Source of the DNA: Lama guanicoe
Lineage: Eukaryota
DNA: 64,000 nt
Reading direction: 5' to 3'
NCBI GenBank assembly: GCA_013239625.1
Contig: MU055354.1
Location: forward strand, 620,001 to 684,000
Below, piece after piece: positions 36,301 through 48,900 of the stretch. A program made the translations under genes and the position numbers. Below the pieces are notes generated by a model, which was given only the letters and a program-made list of their open reading frames with translations, ran no database searches and was not told where the DNA came from. How positions within the stretch are numbered: the first letter of the stretch is position 1; each line of letters begins with the position of its first letter.

Positions 36301-38254
36301 ACAGAAACGCCTTGAAAAACAGCCAGAGAGATGGCCCTGTGTTCAGGTGAAAGGTCAAACTGCCAGGCCAGCCATGAAAAGGTGATGAAGGAGCTGCAAA
36401 AATAAATGAGCCCTCTGACGTCAAAAACTATGAGAGAAAACTGGACCTTTGGGGAACCCTTCCTCGGGAGTTTAGAAGGTGAAAAGGGAGTAGAAAAGTA
36501 GACAGAGAAGCAATGGATGGAAAGGCCGAGTAGCTGGGACCATGAAAGAATTCAAGGGCTTGGGACAGTGGGGAGTCCATAATTCACTGTCAAAATGAGA
36601 TCAGAAAGGATAGAAAAGTTGGGTGGGGGTACAACTCAGTGGTAGAGTCCATGTTTAACATGCACAAGGCCCTGGATTCAATCCCTAGTACCTCCAGTTA
36701 AAAAAAAAAAAGGAGAGAAAAATTGAGTTCATTCATTCATACATATATGAGGTAGCTAAGTGCCTGCACTGTCTCAGCCACTGAGGCTACCACAGTGAGT
36801 AAAACAGACTTGGTTGTTATTCTCACAGAACTGAAAGTACTGCAGTGTAGTCAGTAAGCGATCAAGCAAGCACGTTCCTACACCCCGTAAGTGCTAGAAG
36901 AGCAGCTAACCTAATCTGTGGGGCTGGGGAATGTGGTCAGAGGAAGTGACCTGGTCCCAACTGGGATCTGAAGGATGAAGACAGGGTCTCTTCATAAAAA
37001 ACAAGCCTGGGGGCAAAGATGTGACAAGTAGGTTGTATGAAGGAAGAAGTCTTATTCCTGTTCTTTACTCAATGCCAAGAGGAAGAAGGCTCATATATGG
37101 GTGCCAGGCTAAGGTGCTTTCTGTCTGGAAAGGCACCTAACCTGTGAAAATTCAAATCTGTTTTATTCCCTGACAGTTATTCTTGATGAGGGAAATTTGG
37201 GGTTTTTTTGCATTGGGTTTGTGGTTTTTTTCTAAGCCTACTGGAGGTCTTCCATCTTCTCCATGCTCCTGCCCCAGAGTCATCAACAATCATTTAATGG
37301 CTCATGCAGTGTGGTAAGAAGCCAGAAGCTGAAACTCAGGCCTCAAGATTCTTCTCACCATTTGCAAAACTCGTGAACTTCCATGCAAATGCACTTCTAA
37401 ATAATACGAGCCCTTCCCAGGTGTATGAAGATGCATTTTCCACTGGGTTGTAAGGTTTGAAGAATATTTTACACACAATCCATACTAAAGGAACCATATT
37501 ATGACTAGACAATATATAACAGAGGATGAGGTTGGAAGCAGCAAAAGGAAGCAGAACAGAGAAAATATTAAAAATGCTTTACACACATCTTCTACATTTC
37601 TCATGATGACCCTAAGGAGTAGGTAGCTTTATCTCCATTTTTTTGAGAAAATTTAAGTTAGAAAATTTGCTAGATTCCACAATTAGTATGTGGCAGTGCT
37701 GGAATTAAATCCAGGCTTATCAACTCCAAAGTCATGCTCTTTACCACTGCACAATATATTCTGTGATAAGAGCTAGTCCATTTATGTTCAAATTATGACA
37801 GAGCAGGCCTCTCAGATAAAATAATCTACTCCTCCCACAGTTATGTGAATAGGCTCTGGAGTCAGATGGTCTCAGGCACTTTCCTGGCCACCAGTGGGAC
37901 TATACCACTCAAAGTGAGTATCTGTTCACTCCAGTCAACAGTATGTCTTCCAAGTCTTAAGAGGACATACAAAGGAAGAATAATATATTCACCCACATAT
38001 AACTACTGAGCATCTATTATTTAATAGATTCAGTTGTAAGCACTGGGAATACAGGAATGTTCCCATTTAGTGGGAAATACAGAACAAATACAAATACTTT
38101 CCAATTAACTAAGTAACAGGAATAAACATACATACAACTAGCTTCATTTTCCCCAAAGCAGAGCAGTTAAGGAAACCTGATTTTTAAGGGAGAGGAAGCA
38201 GGGCCTCTGACACACACCTCTTCTGTTAGTAGGATGATTAGAATGCTGCGCCAT
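33366..38254 (-). CDS. TSACC: TSSK6-activating co-chaperone, 3 coding exons, ~125 aa (132 aa if the upstream acceptor is used)
   Basis: Exons (minus): 38218-38254 ([12 protein letters not shown]); 34668-34790, or up to 34811 ([41 protein letters not shown]); 33366-33583 ([44 protein letters not shown]...NHLPQFSK*). Both junctions are phase 1. Matches recalled human TSACC and lies head-to-head with CCT3, as in human. Confidence 0.93.
35720..36245 (+). mobile_element. Old ERVL LTR (LTR16/LTR33-like)
   Basis: GGCATGTGACCCAATGCAGGCCAATCA, TGATTGATTCAAGGGATAAGCAC and a 3' TGAGTTGGG motif typical of the LTR16 group. Confidence 0.55.
36621..36710 (+). mobile_element. Short tRNA-derived SINE (vic-1 type head plus poly-A) in a TSACC intron
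   Basis: CAACTCAGTGGTAGAG...GGATTCAATCCCTAGTACCTCC followed by a poly-A run; degenerate TSD AAAGGA(T/G)AGAAAA(G/A)TTG. Confidence 0.85.
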
Positions 38255-38879
38255 CTGAACACCAACAGGTGTGGTGCCTGGGAAAGAATCATAGCATCAC
38301 ATGATCAACAACCCACGCTATTATTTCCCTACTAACAATTTCATAAGTTCTCTCCAGCAGATCTCAGGCTTTTCCAATTTGGGGACGAAAAAGTGTCAAA
38401 GGGGATATCCTATTTAAGGTCAAATGTAAGTAACTGTTCTTGAATTGTTCGTATTCTCATGGTCCCATCATTATTTTGGAAAAAGTTGTTTCTATTAGTA
38501 TTGCATCCTTTTTTCTGGCAAAATAGTACTTTAACCATGTCTAAACCTTAAAAATCTCCTACAAACCGGCAAATTCTCCGTTTTCTCTCCTCGTTTTAAA
38601 TTTCTGCTGTGTTAGCCCTTTTCCTGTCCTGTACGGTAATTTAAAAACTCTGACTCCTCAACATCTCTAATGGATCAGCAAGCACAGTGGATGAGGAGGG
38701 CAGGGGAGGGAATGGGCGTGGAAAAAGAAAATCTGAGAGCACTACAGGAAATACTTGAGAAAATGTTTTAGCAAGGGTAACTCGGGAAAAAGTAAGCCAT
38801 CAACCTCCGGTACCGCTCACAGCCTCAGCAGAAAGCATTTGCTTAAGAAACGAAAGGTCCAAGCACAGCAGCGAGTCAG

Positions 38880-39900
38880 AGGCAATAAACCACAACTCCC
38901 AGCGTGCCCAAAAAGACAGTTACCGCCCAGCCCGGCCCGATCGGACTACAACTCCCATTTCACCCCGCGTCAAACCGGTCAGGTCTTCCCTCAACCGCCG
39001 GTTGAAGTCCCGCCCCTCTATTCCTTCCCGTTGCTAAGGCTGGAACGAAAACTGTGGATACCGTCAAGCCTTTCTTGACCTTCGCGGCCCAAGAGGAGCC
39101 GAGACACAGTAGTTTAGTGATCTCACCTGCGGTGTTAATCGAAAGCCTCACACCCAGCACCCACCCTCGTAGTTGACACACATGCGCAGTGGCGTGCCGG
39201 CCAACTGCCGGAACTTTGGCGCTTGCGCTGAGGTTCGCGCCGCACGCGGCCGGGAGCGGCCACCCTATTGCGCAAGCGCCTGTGCCCTCGCCTTTCCACG
39301 ATCGTGCTCTCTCTATCTAGCTTGCCCTGCCGTTCTTGCGTAGAGGGCGGGGCTAAGGATGTTAATTGGCCTGTTTTCGTGTCGGTCAGTGAGATGGGTG
39401 CGGTGATTGGTGGCGACCCGGAGGGTAGCGGGTTTAGGTGTAAGCCGTGAGAGGCAGCGTTTTCTGGGCTTCTCTCTGATTCTCTCTCTCCAGAAGGTTC
39501 TGCCGGTTCCCCCAGCTCTGGGTACCCGGCTCTGCATCGCGCCGCCATGATGGGCCACCGTCCGGTGCTCGTGCTTAGTGAGTTGTGGGAAAGCCGGGGA
39601 AGGGACCCTCTTTTCGCCCCTACCTTCCCGCACTTTACCGCCCTGCCCTAGCCTATTCCTGCCCTGGGCCAGTCACTGAGCCTTCCAGTCGTTCATTTCG
39701 GAGGATTCTGCTCCCGCTTTCTTCTCTTCCCGTAACCCATTCTCCTGTCTTCACAGACGCAAACTCACCTTCCTGTCGCCGAGCCTCTTGTCTTTTCCGG
39801 CACTGGCCTCGGGAAGATGCTTACCACTCGGCTTTCCGTTCTTCACCCGCAACCCCCGCCCCTGCACCCTTCCTGGAGCGATTTTAAGCGTGTAGCTGAA
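38880..39900. promoter_or_regulatory. Bidirectional TSACC/CCT3 CpG-island promoter
   Basis: ZNF143/THAP11-type motifs ACCACAACTCCCAGCGTGC (38889-38907) and ACTACAACTCCCA (38945-38957); NRF1-like GCGCTTGCGC and TGCGCAAGCGC (~39219, ~39269); HSE-like CTCCAGAAGGTTCT (39488-39501); pyrimidine-rich 5' end of CCT3. Confidence 0.85.
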
Positions 39901-42900
39901 TGAATCAATGGTTTTTTTGTTTGGCCTAGCTTTATAACCTTAATCCATTCCTTATTAGCGGTGTGGCCTCGTCCAAATTGCTTGATTGGAACGTTTCCGT
40001 ATTTATTATTGGAGTTAAGTGTATTTCCTATTTGTGAGGGATTATGAGGCTTAAATGAGTTAAGTGGGTGAAACTTCAAAAGAGGGTCTGGACAAACAGC
40101 GAGTAGTATCCTTGGTCACTTTTCTTTTCAGTAACGGCCCACTTGAATTTCCTTTCAGCAATCCCTGTTCCTGAAGTAACCTTATGTCCCTCATCGGTTT
40201 GTCTGAGATGTAATTACTCCCTCGGTGTCTCCTCCGTCGTTATCTTTCCCACTTACCAACGGAGTTTTCCCAGATTTCTTAACTGGTTGTCTTTACCTTT
40301 CGGGAACATCTCAGATTTCTTACTAATGAGTCCCATTTCTGTTGTCTTCTGGTTTGTTTCCATTCTGTGTAACTTCTGTACCTCATCTTCAAGAGCACCT
40401 GAGAGGGCTTTGTCCCTCCCTTACCATTCTGTACACAGAATGCTGTTCAGAGATTTTACCTATTTTCTCTATACGTGAAAAATAATTTTTCAGAAAAAAA
40501 TTCACTTAACCCAGAAAAAAAAACCTATTCTTTCTGATTAATCCATCAGAAAGGTCCATTCAGGAAGTTACCACTGCCTGAAATAGGACTCAAAATCCTC
40601 AGAGTTGTGAGCTTTCAGATTTGATGGGACTGGATTGAAACATTTACAGCAAATTGTAGGGAAAGTATAATTTGGAGAAGGGAGTGAAATGAACATTATA
40701 TTGGTTCAATTATAACCATTGGTTTGTCTCCCAGGGAGTAGGCCCTGGGCTGAGTGGTGCATTGTGAGCCCTTTTGAGGTCCAGGTCCGCATCCCTGGCA
40801 TTAGTGGCTATAACCGATTAGGCTTCCTATTAAAATATGTAGTCAGCTTTTACTGATGGTAAATGAGTTACTGAGGCATTCTGGTTATATCCAAGCATGG
40901 AGTGACGATCTTGCAAACCAAGACGCTTTTGAGTGTGTGTTCTCATTCCACAGAACACTGGGGGATTCGGGGAGCTCTATCAGTAACCATGCTGGGACTG
41001 TCAGTATGATTCCCCATTTCCAAGTATGAGAATACGCACCCCCAAACTCTCCCTTTTTATATAAAGCAGTAATTGATGCTTTTTTAGGATCACCAGTGCT
41101 TTGAGAATCTGATGGATGTCAGGTTATGAATCCTCACTGTAAATATGTGACTGGTTTGAGGGAAAGTGATGATCAGGATACCAAAGTTGAAGTTTTATAG
41201 ATTGTTTCTTAGTATTCCAAGGGTTGATGTAAATAAAGAAGTAGCCATAAGTACGTACATTTACTGTTTTAACAGTTTTTTGAGGCAGTCAACTAGACTA
41301 AAAATAAGCTGCACGTATTTAAAGAGTACAATTTGATAAGCTTTGGTCGACGTATCCATCTGTGAATCCTGGGTGTGTTTTTATTTTGCCAAGATTGAGA
41401 AATAAGTAGCTTACATACAATGTGGCAATCCTGGGCTGTTGGCTTTTGTTTTTATCTATTTTAGGCCAGAACACAAAGCGTGAATCTGGAAGAAAAGTTC
41501 AGTCTGGAAACATCAATGCCGCCAAGGTAGCATATCTTTTAAGTTGTTTTTAGTAGTTTGCCTCTGTGGTATTTCTGAATTTGCAATTTGGCAGAGGAAA
41601 ATTTGACTTCCCTTTCTTCAGGACATTTCCTTCTTGGTGGTATGGAGAAGGAAGCCTTCCATCTCTGAGCTAGGCCTAGTGGTCTTCTCACGTTAACTTG
41701 TACATATTCTGTTGCCGTATATTGTTCTATAATAATTGTATTGTGTCTGTCATACTAGACTGAGTTACTTGAAGGGAAAAACTATATTAATTCCCTTTTG
41801 TATTCCTAGTATTCGCTGTAGGTCCTAGATAGGTATTCAGTAAATATCTTTCAAATGAAAGAATGAACTAGCCCTAGATCTAATTTAGCATAGTGTGGAG
41901 GCCACTGTCATGATAAGAAATACTAAGGTGTGGACTTTCCCAGTACTGCTGGGAAACTTAAGCTTTGGGAGGCATGTCCCCCTTTTTTTTTTTCTTGTGA
42001 AAAGTTATTTCTTTCCTCATCCAAAAGACATTCCCAAAGGGGAAAAACAACAGAATCTAGCCACATGGCATGCTACATTTAAAGTGGTTGCCAACTGTAT
42101 TTTAGAAGTGTCTGTTAAAACACTGGCTTTGTGGGTTAGTCATGCTACTTCTCCTAATACACTCACCATCTGATTTGTGCTTACATGTCTTATATTTTCT
42201 TTCCGATAGACTATTGCAGATATCATCCGAACATGTTTGGGACCCAAGTCCATGATGAAGGTAGGCTTATCTCTTACTGAAACTTTGATTACAGATTTTC
42301 CCTTTCTGTTTTTGGGGACATTTAAGTGTAACTTTTGCTTTTGTCGTAGATGCTTTTGGACCCAATGGGAGGCATTGTGATGACCAATGATGGCAATGCC
42401 ATTCTTCGAGAGGTATGACTTCATTTTGCCTTCTAACATTTCATAAAGAACCCTTAAAGAGATAATGTAAGTAATTAGTTTCTTTGGGCTGCTGTAGCAA
42501 ATTACCACAAACTGGGTGACTTGAAACAACAAAAACTTATTCTTATGGGCTGAAGCCTGGCAGTCCAAAAATCAAGGTGTCAGCAGTGCCATGCTCCTTC
42601 TAAAGGCTCTGGGGAAGAATTCTTCCTTTTCTATCTTCTGATGGTTGACCACGATCCTCGGCTTTCCTTGGCTTATAAATTCTCCTTCTCAGTTGTCATA
42701 TGGCATTCTCCTGTGTGTCTCATAAGGATTTAGGGCCTACCCTAATTACCCCATGACTTCATCTTAACTTGATTACATCCGCAAAGACCCTGTTTCTAAA
42801 TACAGTCACATTCACAGTTTTCAGGGCGTGGGACTCAATATGTCCTTTCAGAGGACACAGTTCAACCACAACAGTGGTGCTCCTAGTAAATAAGTTGAAA

Positions 42901-45900
42901 GATACTGTTCTGTTTTCAAGAAACTTTAATAGTTAAGTTGTCATAATGCATTTTTCCCCCAAAAGAAAGAGACTTGGAAAGGTGGTTTACTTAGATAATT
43001 TGCAGGGCCACTTTTAATCTTTCTAGCTGTGGTAAAACAGTAAAAGAAAAGTGAGTTAAGTGTGGCAGCAGGAAGCTCAAGAGTTAGGACCAAGCAGAAT
43101 GGGTTAAGAGGTCTTTGAGTAGTGTTGATTCAACGGCAATCACATTTTTCTTTTCAGATTCAAGTGCAGCATCCAGCAGCCAAGTCCATGATTGAAATTA
43201 GCCGGACGCAGGATGAAGAGGTTGGAGATGGGACCACTTCAGTAATTATTCTTGGTAAGAGGACAGTGGGAGGTTGATAGGGAAAATTGGATTGAAAGGC
43301 TAAGATTTTTGCCAGAAATAATGTCTGTGTCATATTTTAAGATGAAAATTTTCACCAGTTCACTAATTACAAATATTTAAATAACTTGTTGCTAATTTTC
43401 TATGCATTCTCTCCAACTGAGTAAAAAATAGTTCATCATAGTTTAGGATAAGCATTGCAAATCTGGTTGAATAAAAACAGTCTGTTCTAGTTATTCACAA
43501 TAGGTTATGTAAGTCACTACAAACACTGAATTACCAAATACCAAAACATCACTCCTTGGGAAAGTACAGGGTTAGGTTCCTTAGAACCTCTGGTCACATA
43601 CTTATCAACTCATACATACATACCTTATTTTATGTTTTGTTTGACACCTTATTTGATATATATTGTTGATTCATTAACATTGAACTCATGGCCAATAGCA
43701 CTATAGCTTATGTTGAAATAAAGGTTATCTAATAAGTTATTTTCTTTATAAGGCACATCACAGCCTTCTTGCACTTAGGAAAACTAGATAGTACTTTAGG
43801 GCTACATTTAGGCCTTTTTAAACAGTTAAATCACCAACAAAATGCACAAAAATGTGGAAAACATGCCACTAAATGTACCACATAAAGGACAGTTGTCTAC
43901 AGGATGAGAGCTGAAACAAGACAGAGCATTACCTTTTTCAGTCTCACCTGGGAATGTATGTGCTGGGTAGCTTAAATTTTTTATCTCTGCACATGTCTGT
44001 GAATGACCATGAAAGTGCAGCAGACAGTGATTTTGAGGTTATAAATTTTAGTGAGTAGCCAAATAGACAAATACTGAATCTTTAAAACGAGTCTTGGCTA
44101 TGTAAGTTTTAATAGCTAATCTTTCTACTTCCTGTAGGATCATAAAAGATCACTTTTGAAAATTCAGCATATTGCCTTTGTTGTATAAAGTTTAAGTTGA
44201 TTATGAAGTTTTTATAATAGCATTCATTTTTCAAGGAATCTGTAGCAACATGTTTTTAAGAATTGAGAAAAAAATTAGAGGATGCCAATTTATAGTGTTG
44301 GCCCACATGCCTAAAAAGAGTCTTTACAACAAAATTATTCATAATATGAACTTTTTCAAAGGTAATATTTTAAAATTATTTTTAGAATGCCTTTGTAGTA
44401 GTCCATTTTGAAAATGGTGAGTTGCATGGAAATTGGCTTGAGTTGCTACCAGCTAATCACATCTTCAGATCCAATCCTTTTGTGGCTTCAGAATTAATTA
44501 CATATGGCTAGTTCTGTACTTTGAAGAGAAACTTAGGATGAAAGAGGGAGGTAAGACTTCATATGCTTTCTCACTTTTTTGGATAGAAGATGAGCTTTAG
44601 ATTATCAGGCAGAATTTTCTAGCTGGTAATCCAAGTTGAATCTCCTGGGAGGTATTAGTTAGGTTAAGTATCCATGAGTTAAGTGTCTTAGAGGTAGCTT
44701 TTAAAAAAACAAAACTTGACCATTCCTAAAGATACCTTCCTTCTATGTTACTATTCTTTAACAAGGCATAGCCTTTTCTAAGTTAACTTAACTAGAGCAT
44801 CTTTTTAAATATTTGATTATCTTTCTTTTAGAGACTAGCTTTTGTGTGTATCTATGTATTGCTCTGTGTGTGTGTGTTTGTATTAGAAAGTAGGACAGCT
44901 TTTAAAAGAAGATTTTACCAGTAATCCCTCTTCAGAGGGTAAATTTTTACGGATTTTCTTCCAGGTATAAAGTTTTGTGTGTTTTTTGTTTTTAGTACCA
45001 GCAGTTTGACTACACCCTGGGTGTTGAAGTAATAATGAGCAAGTCAGATTTCTTTTGTGTATTTTTCTGTTTCAGAGTCTTTGGGAAAATGTTTATTTTT
45101 TGTTTAGAAAACTGGTAACTTTTTAGTTAGATCACAAAAATAAACTCTAGGCTCAATCTTTGATCATTTAAAATATATCTTATGAGGCTGTTTTCTTTCT
45201 GAATTGGCTTGTACAAAGGATAAAATTTCGAATAGTATTGGCATATTTTTGGGGAGAAAAAACTACTTCAGAAAAAAACAGGTATTTTTAGAAGCATAAT
45301 AAAGTTACTTTGATATCCAGCTAGGTACTTGTCATAATGTTATGGTATATGTATCCTTTTCCAGCGGGGGAGATGCTGTCTGTGGCTGAGCACTTTCTAG
45401 AGCAGCAGATGCACCCAACAGTGGTGATCAGTGCTTACCGCAAGGCATTGGACGATATGATCAGCACCCTTAAGAAAATAAGGTATTTGGGGGTGGGGAC
45501 CAAAAGTGGGTAGTGTCAAATATGGGAGGCCTGGAACACTGCTCTGTTATTGGGTGGCAAAAGAAGGCCAGGCACATCACACACAGTAGTTTACAGCCTG
45601 GTGTTGTTTTGTGAGAAGGAGAAACAAAGAGGAGCACACAATGAAGGGAAGGACAAGAGAGATAAATAAAAATTTTTGGAAAACGGCAAAGGATATAAAG
45701 CAGGCAAATAAAAGGAGCTCGGTTCAGTTCTTCAAAATATATTTTGGTTACAGTCTGCTAGTTTCCACGTTAGACACTGCCATGGGAAATGTGTAGTAAG
45801 TAAAATAGAGCTGCCCTCCGAAGTTTTAGATTCTGGTTCTATTTTTAGAGAAATAAATTAAGGAGTTAGATAATTAGTTACTCAGGACTTACATTAAAAT

Positions 45901-48900
45901 ACCCTACCATCACGTATGATCACAGCTAATTCAGTCAGTACCCTAACGTGCTGTGAAGGATGGTAGCCAGCAGTTTTCCATTAAAATCAAAAGGACTGGG
46001 AACTAGATTCCCCTAGTTCTGCCTATTGGCCCACTGGTCTGGTCATCAGGATATAGATGAAGGATTTCCTTAAATATCCAAGATCCCTCTGAGCATATTA
46101 CTCATTTTCTCTTTTCTCCAGTACTCCTGTCGACACCAGTAATCGAGATATGATGCTGAACATCATCAACAGCTCCATTACTACCAAAGTACTCAGTCGG
46201 TGGTCTTCTTTAGCTTGCAACATTGCCCTGGATGCTGTCAAAACTGTACAGTTTGAAGAGAACGGTCGGAAAGAGATTGACATCAAGAAATACGCGAGAG
46301 TGGAAAAGGTAAACTCTTCAAGTATGTGATTTGGAGACAAATTATTTCCTAGCATGAGTCATTGCACTGCACTTCTGGAGGAAATTAGTTTAAATCAGAG
46401 CAAGATACCTTTATTGTTAGAACCAGGAAGAAGAATATTTGCTAACCTGGAAAACAAAAATTTGAAAAAGAGGGTACCAAGGAAGTATCTAAAATAATTG
46501 TTAGCTTCACTCCCTACATAAGGTTTATAGGGGCAAGAAAAGGGCTTATTGTTGTGTCCACATTTGTGTATTTGCATGCATATTAGCCGCTTGGTCAGAA
46601 AATAAACAAGGGCTCTACAGCATAGTGCTAAGAAGCTCCAGGAAAGCTTTCTCCATCTCTACTAATTTAAAATTTAGAAGTAGCATTAATAGCTTGTGGC
46701 CACTAGATGGCGCCCTATGCCTAAACTTCGGAATTTTAGGAAGTAGAAGGGAAATTCAGAAAGTAGAAGTCTGCGCCCTTTTAAATCTTTGTCAATTACT
46801 GAATTTCTCTGAGTCTCAGCTGGCTTTTAAATTGTGTCTTGTGGTCTAAGACTGATGTGCTCCCTAGGGGAAAAGAAATATGATTGCAAATGTAGTTTTT
46901 GAGGTTCATGGAAAAAAGATACTTTAGAAACTAAGTGGTGGTCATTTGGGAAAGATGAATGTCTGGGACGGGAATTGAGAAACTGTCTCTTGGGTTGTGG
47001 ATTAAAGTGGATCTTTTGCTCAGATACCTGGGGGCATCATTGAAGACTCGTGTGTCTTACGCGGGGTCATGATTAATAAGGATGTGACCCATCCACGAAT
47101 GCGGCGCTATATCAAGAACCCTCGCATCGTGCTGCTGGATTCTTCTCTGGAATACAAAAAAGGAGAAAGCCAGGTAAGTTTCTTGGCTCTATTCCTTAAA
47201 GATGTGAGAATCTGTTACTGTGGATAAGGGAAATAAAAGATGTTTATTACATGCCTACTCTGTGATCATTACGTGTAATCTCTGATTCTTACAACCCTTG
47301 AGAGTAGATGATACTGACTTTCATTTTACAGAGGAGGGATCTACAACTCAGGGAAGTGAGGTTTATTGCTTGAGGAACATAGCTGCTATTGGCCAGATCA
47401 GGATTTGAACCCAGCTTAGTGTGGCTTCGATTCCACACACACTATCATGCCACTTTTCCTAATGCATCAGTAGGACATAGAGTAGGAGTTAATTGAGCTT
47501 TGAGGTGCCAAAGAAGAATTTCCAGAGGGCAGGAAGCTCAGAAGGCTGTCACCTTTGGATAAAACAATTGAAGCTTATCAAACAAAGGTTGGGAATAAGA
47601 ATCAGTTTATTAAGGAGGAGAGTGTACCTTAGCGGTAGAGAATGTGCTTGGCATGCACAAGGTCCTGGGTTCAATCCCTAGTACCTCCACTGGAAAAAAA
47701 TAATAAATAAACATAAGTAAATAAAACTTAATCCCTGCACCCACCAAAAAAAAAAGTCAAAACGAAAAATCAATTTATTGTTGGAAAGAATTAATACCCT
47801 GAATTACCAAGCACACTGATAGATCAGAGGTAGCATTGAACTGAGTGGCTAGAGACCTTAGCCAGACTCTCCACTAATTGCATTATGACCTTGCTTTCCA
47901 GTTGCTCTATAATTAAATGGAGTTAAAATAATGATTGCTAGAGCTAAACTGGCTTATTGAGGTATGGGGCCATGGATTATTCTAATTCATGCTTTCTAGG
48001 ATACATGAGAGGCTGAGGGGAGGGAACGTAGTAGTTGGAATGACCCTGAAGAGCTTCATCAGTCCAAAATTTTTAATTCAGAGTGACTTTTCTTCACTGC
48101 ACAGACTGACATCGAAATCACGCGAGAGGAAGACTTTACTCGAATCCTCCAGATGGAAGAAGAGTACATTCAGCAGCTCTGTGAGGACATTATCCTGCTG
48201 AAGCCGGACGTGGTTATCACAGAAAAGGGCATCTCAGGTAGGACTCTAGTCATTTTTCCAGACTACTATTGAAGTAGAAGAGGGTAGGTGTTTTTTTGTC
48301 CTCCCACATTGGCATAGACTGATCATAATGAACATGTGATGGTTAGGGCACATTGAGGATAAAACCAGTTCAGAACCCAGGGTTTCTGGCTTCCAGCTTG
48401 ACACTTCTACTCTTTCAGATTTAGCTCAGCACTACCTCATGCGGGCCAATATCACAGCCATCCGCAGAGTCCGGAAGACAGACAATAATCGCATTGCTAG
48501 GTGAGTAAGCCAGGTAAAAATAAGATTCTTCCTATGTGTTTCTGTTTTGGAGCTTCATAATGTAGTCATTGTTACCTGGAAAAGTTTAATATAGGGTACA
48601 GTCAAATCAGTTACAGGTGGAGTTAACCTGGGTTTAGCTGTCTGCCCTCTTCAGAAGTCCTCTGTGTAGAGTAACAATTATTTACTGCATGAGTCTCTTC
48701 TAAACTGCTCCTAACGAGTAGTGACAGCTTATGGTTAGACATCTGTGGTCACTACCTTGATACAGGGGTCCATTATGGAGTAGTCTGTTTTAACTAGCTC
48801 AGTATAGCAGAACCAACAGTTAACTTGATTGGATCCTCAGCTGCTGTTAATGCAACTTTAGATTGCATTAACTACTTCTGCAGGTGTATCTATGTTCATA

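Noticed and set aside
15554-47764. Four tRNA-Ala-like sequences with A and B boxes
   Set aside because: Poly-A tails, TSDs and degenerate stems show they are SINEs, not tRNA genes.
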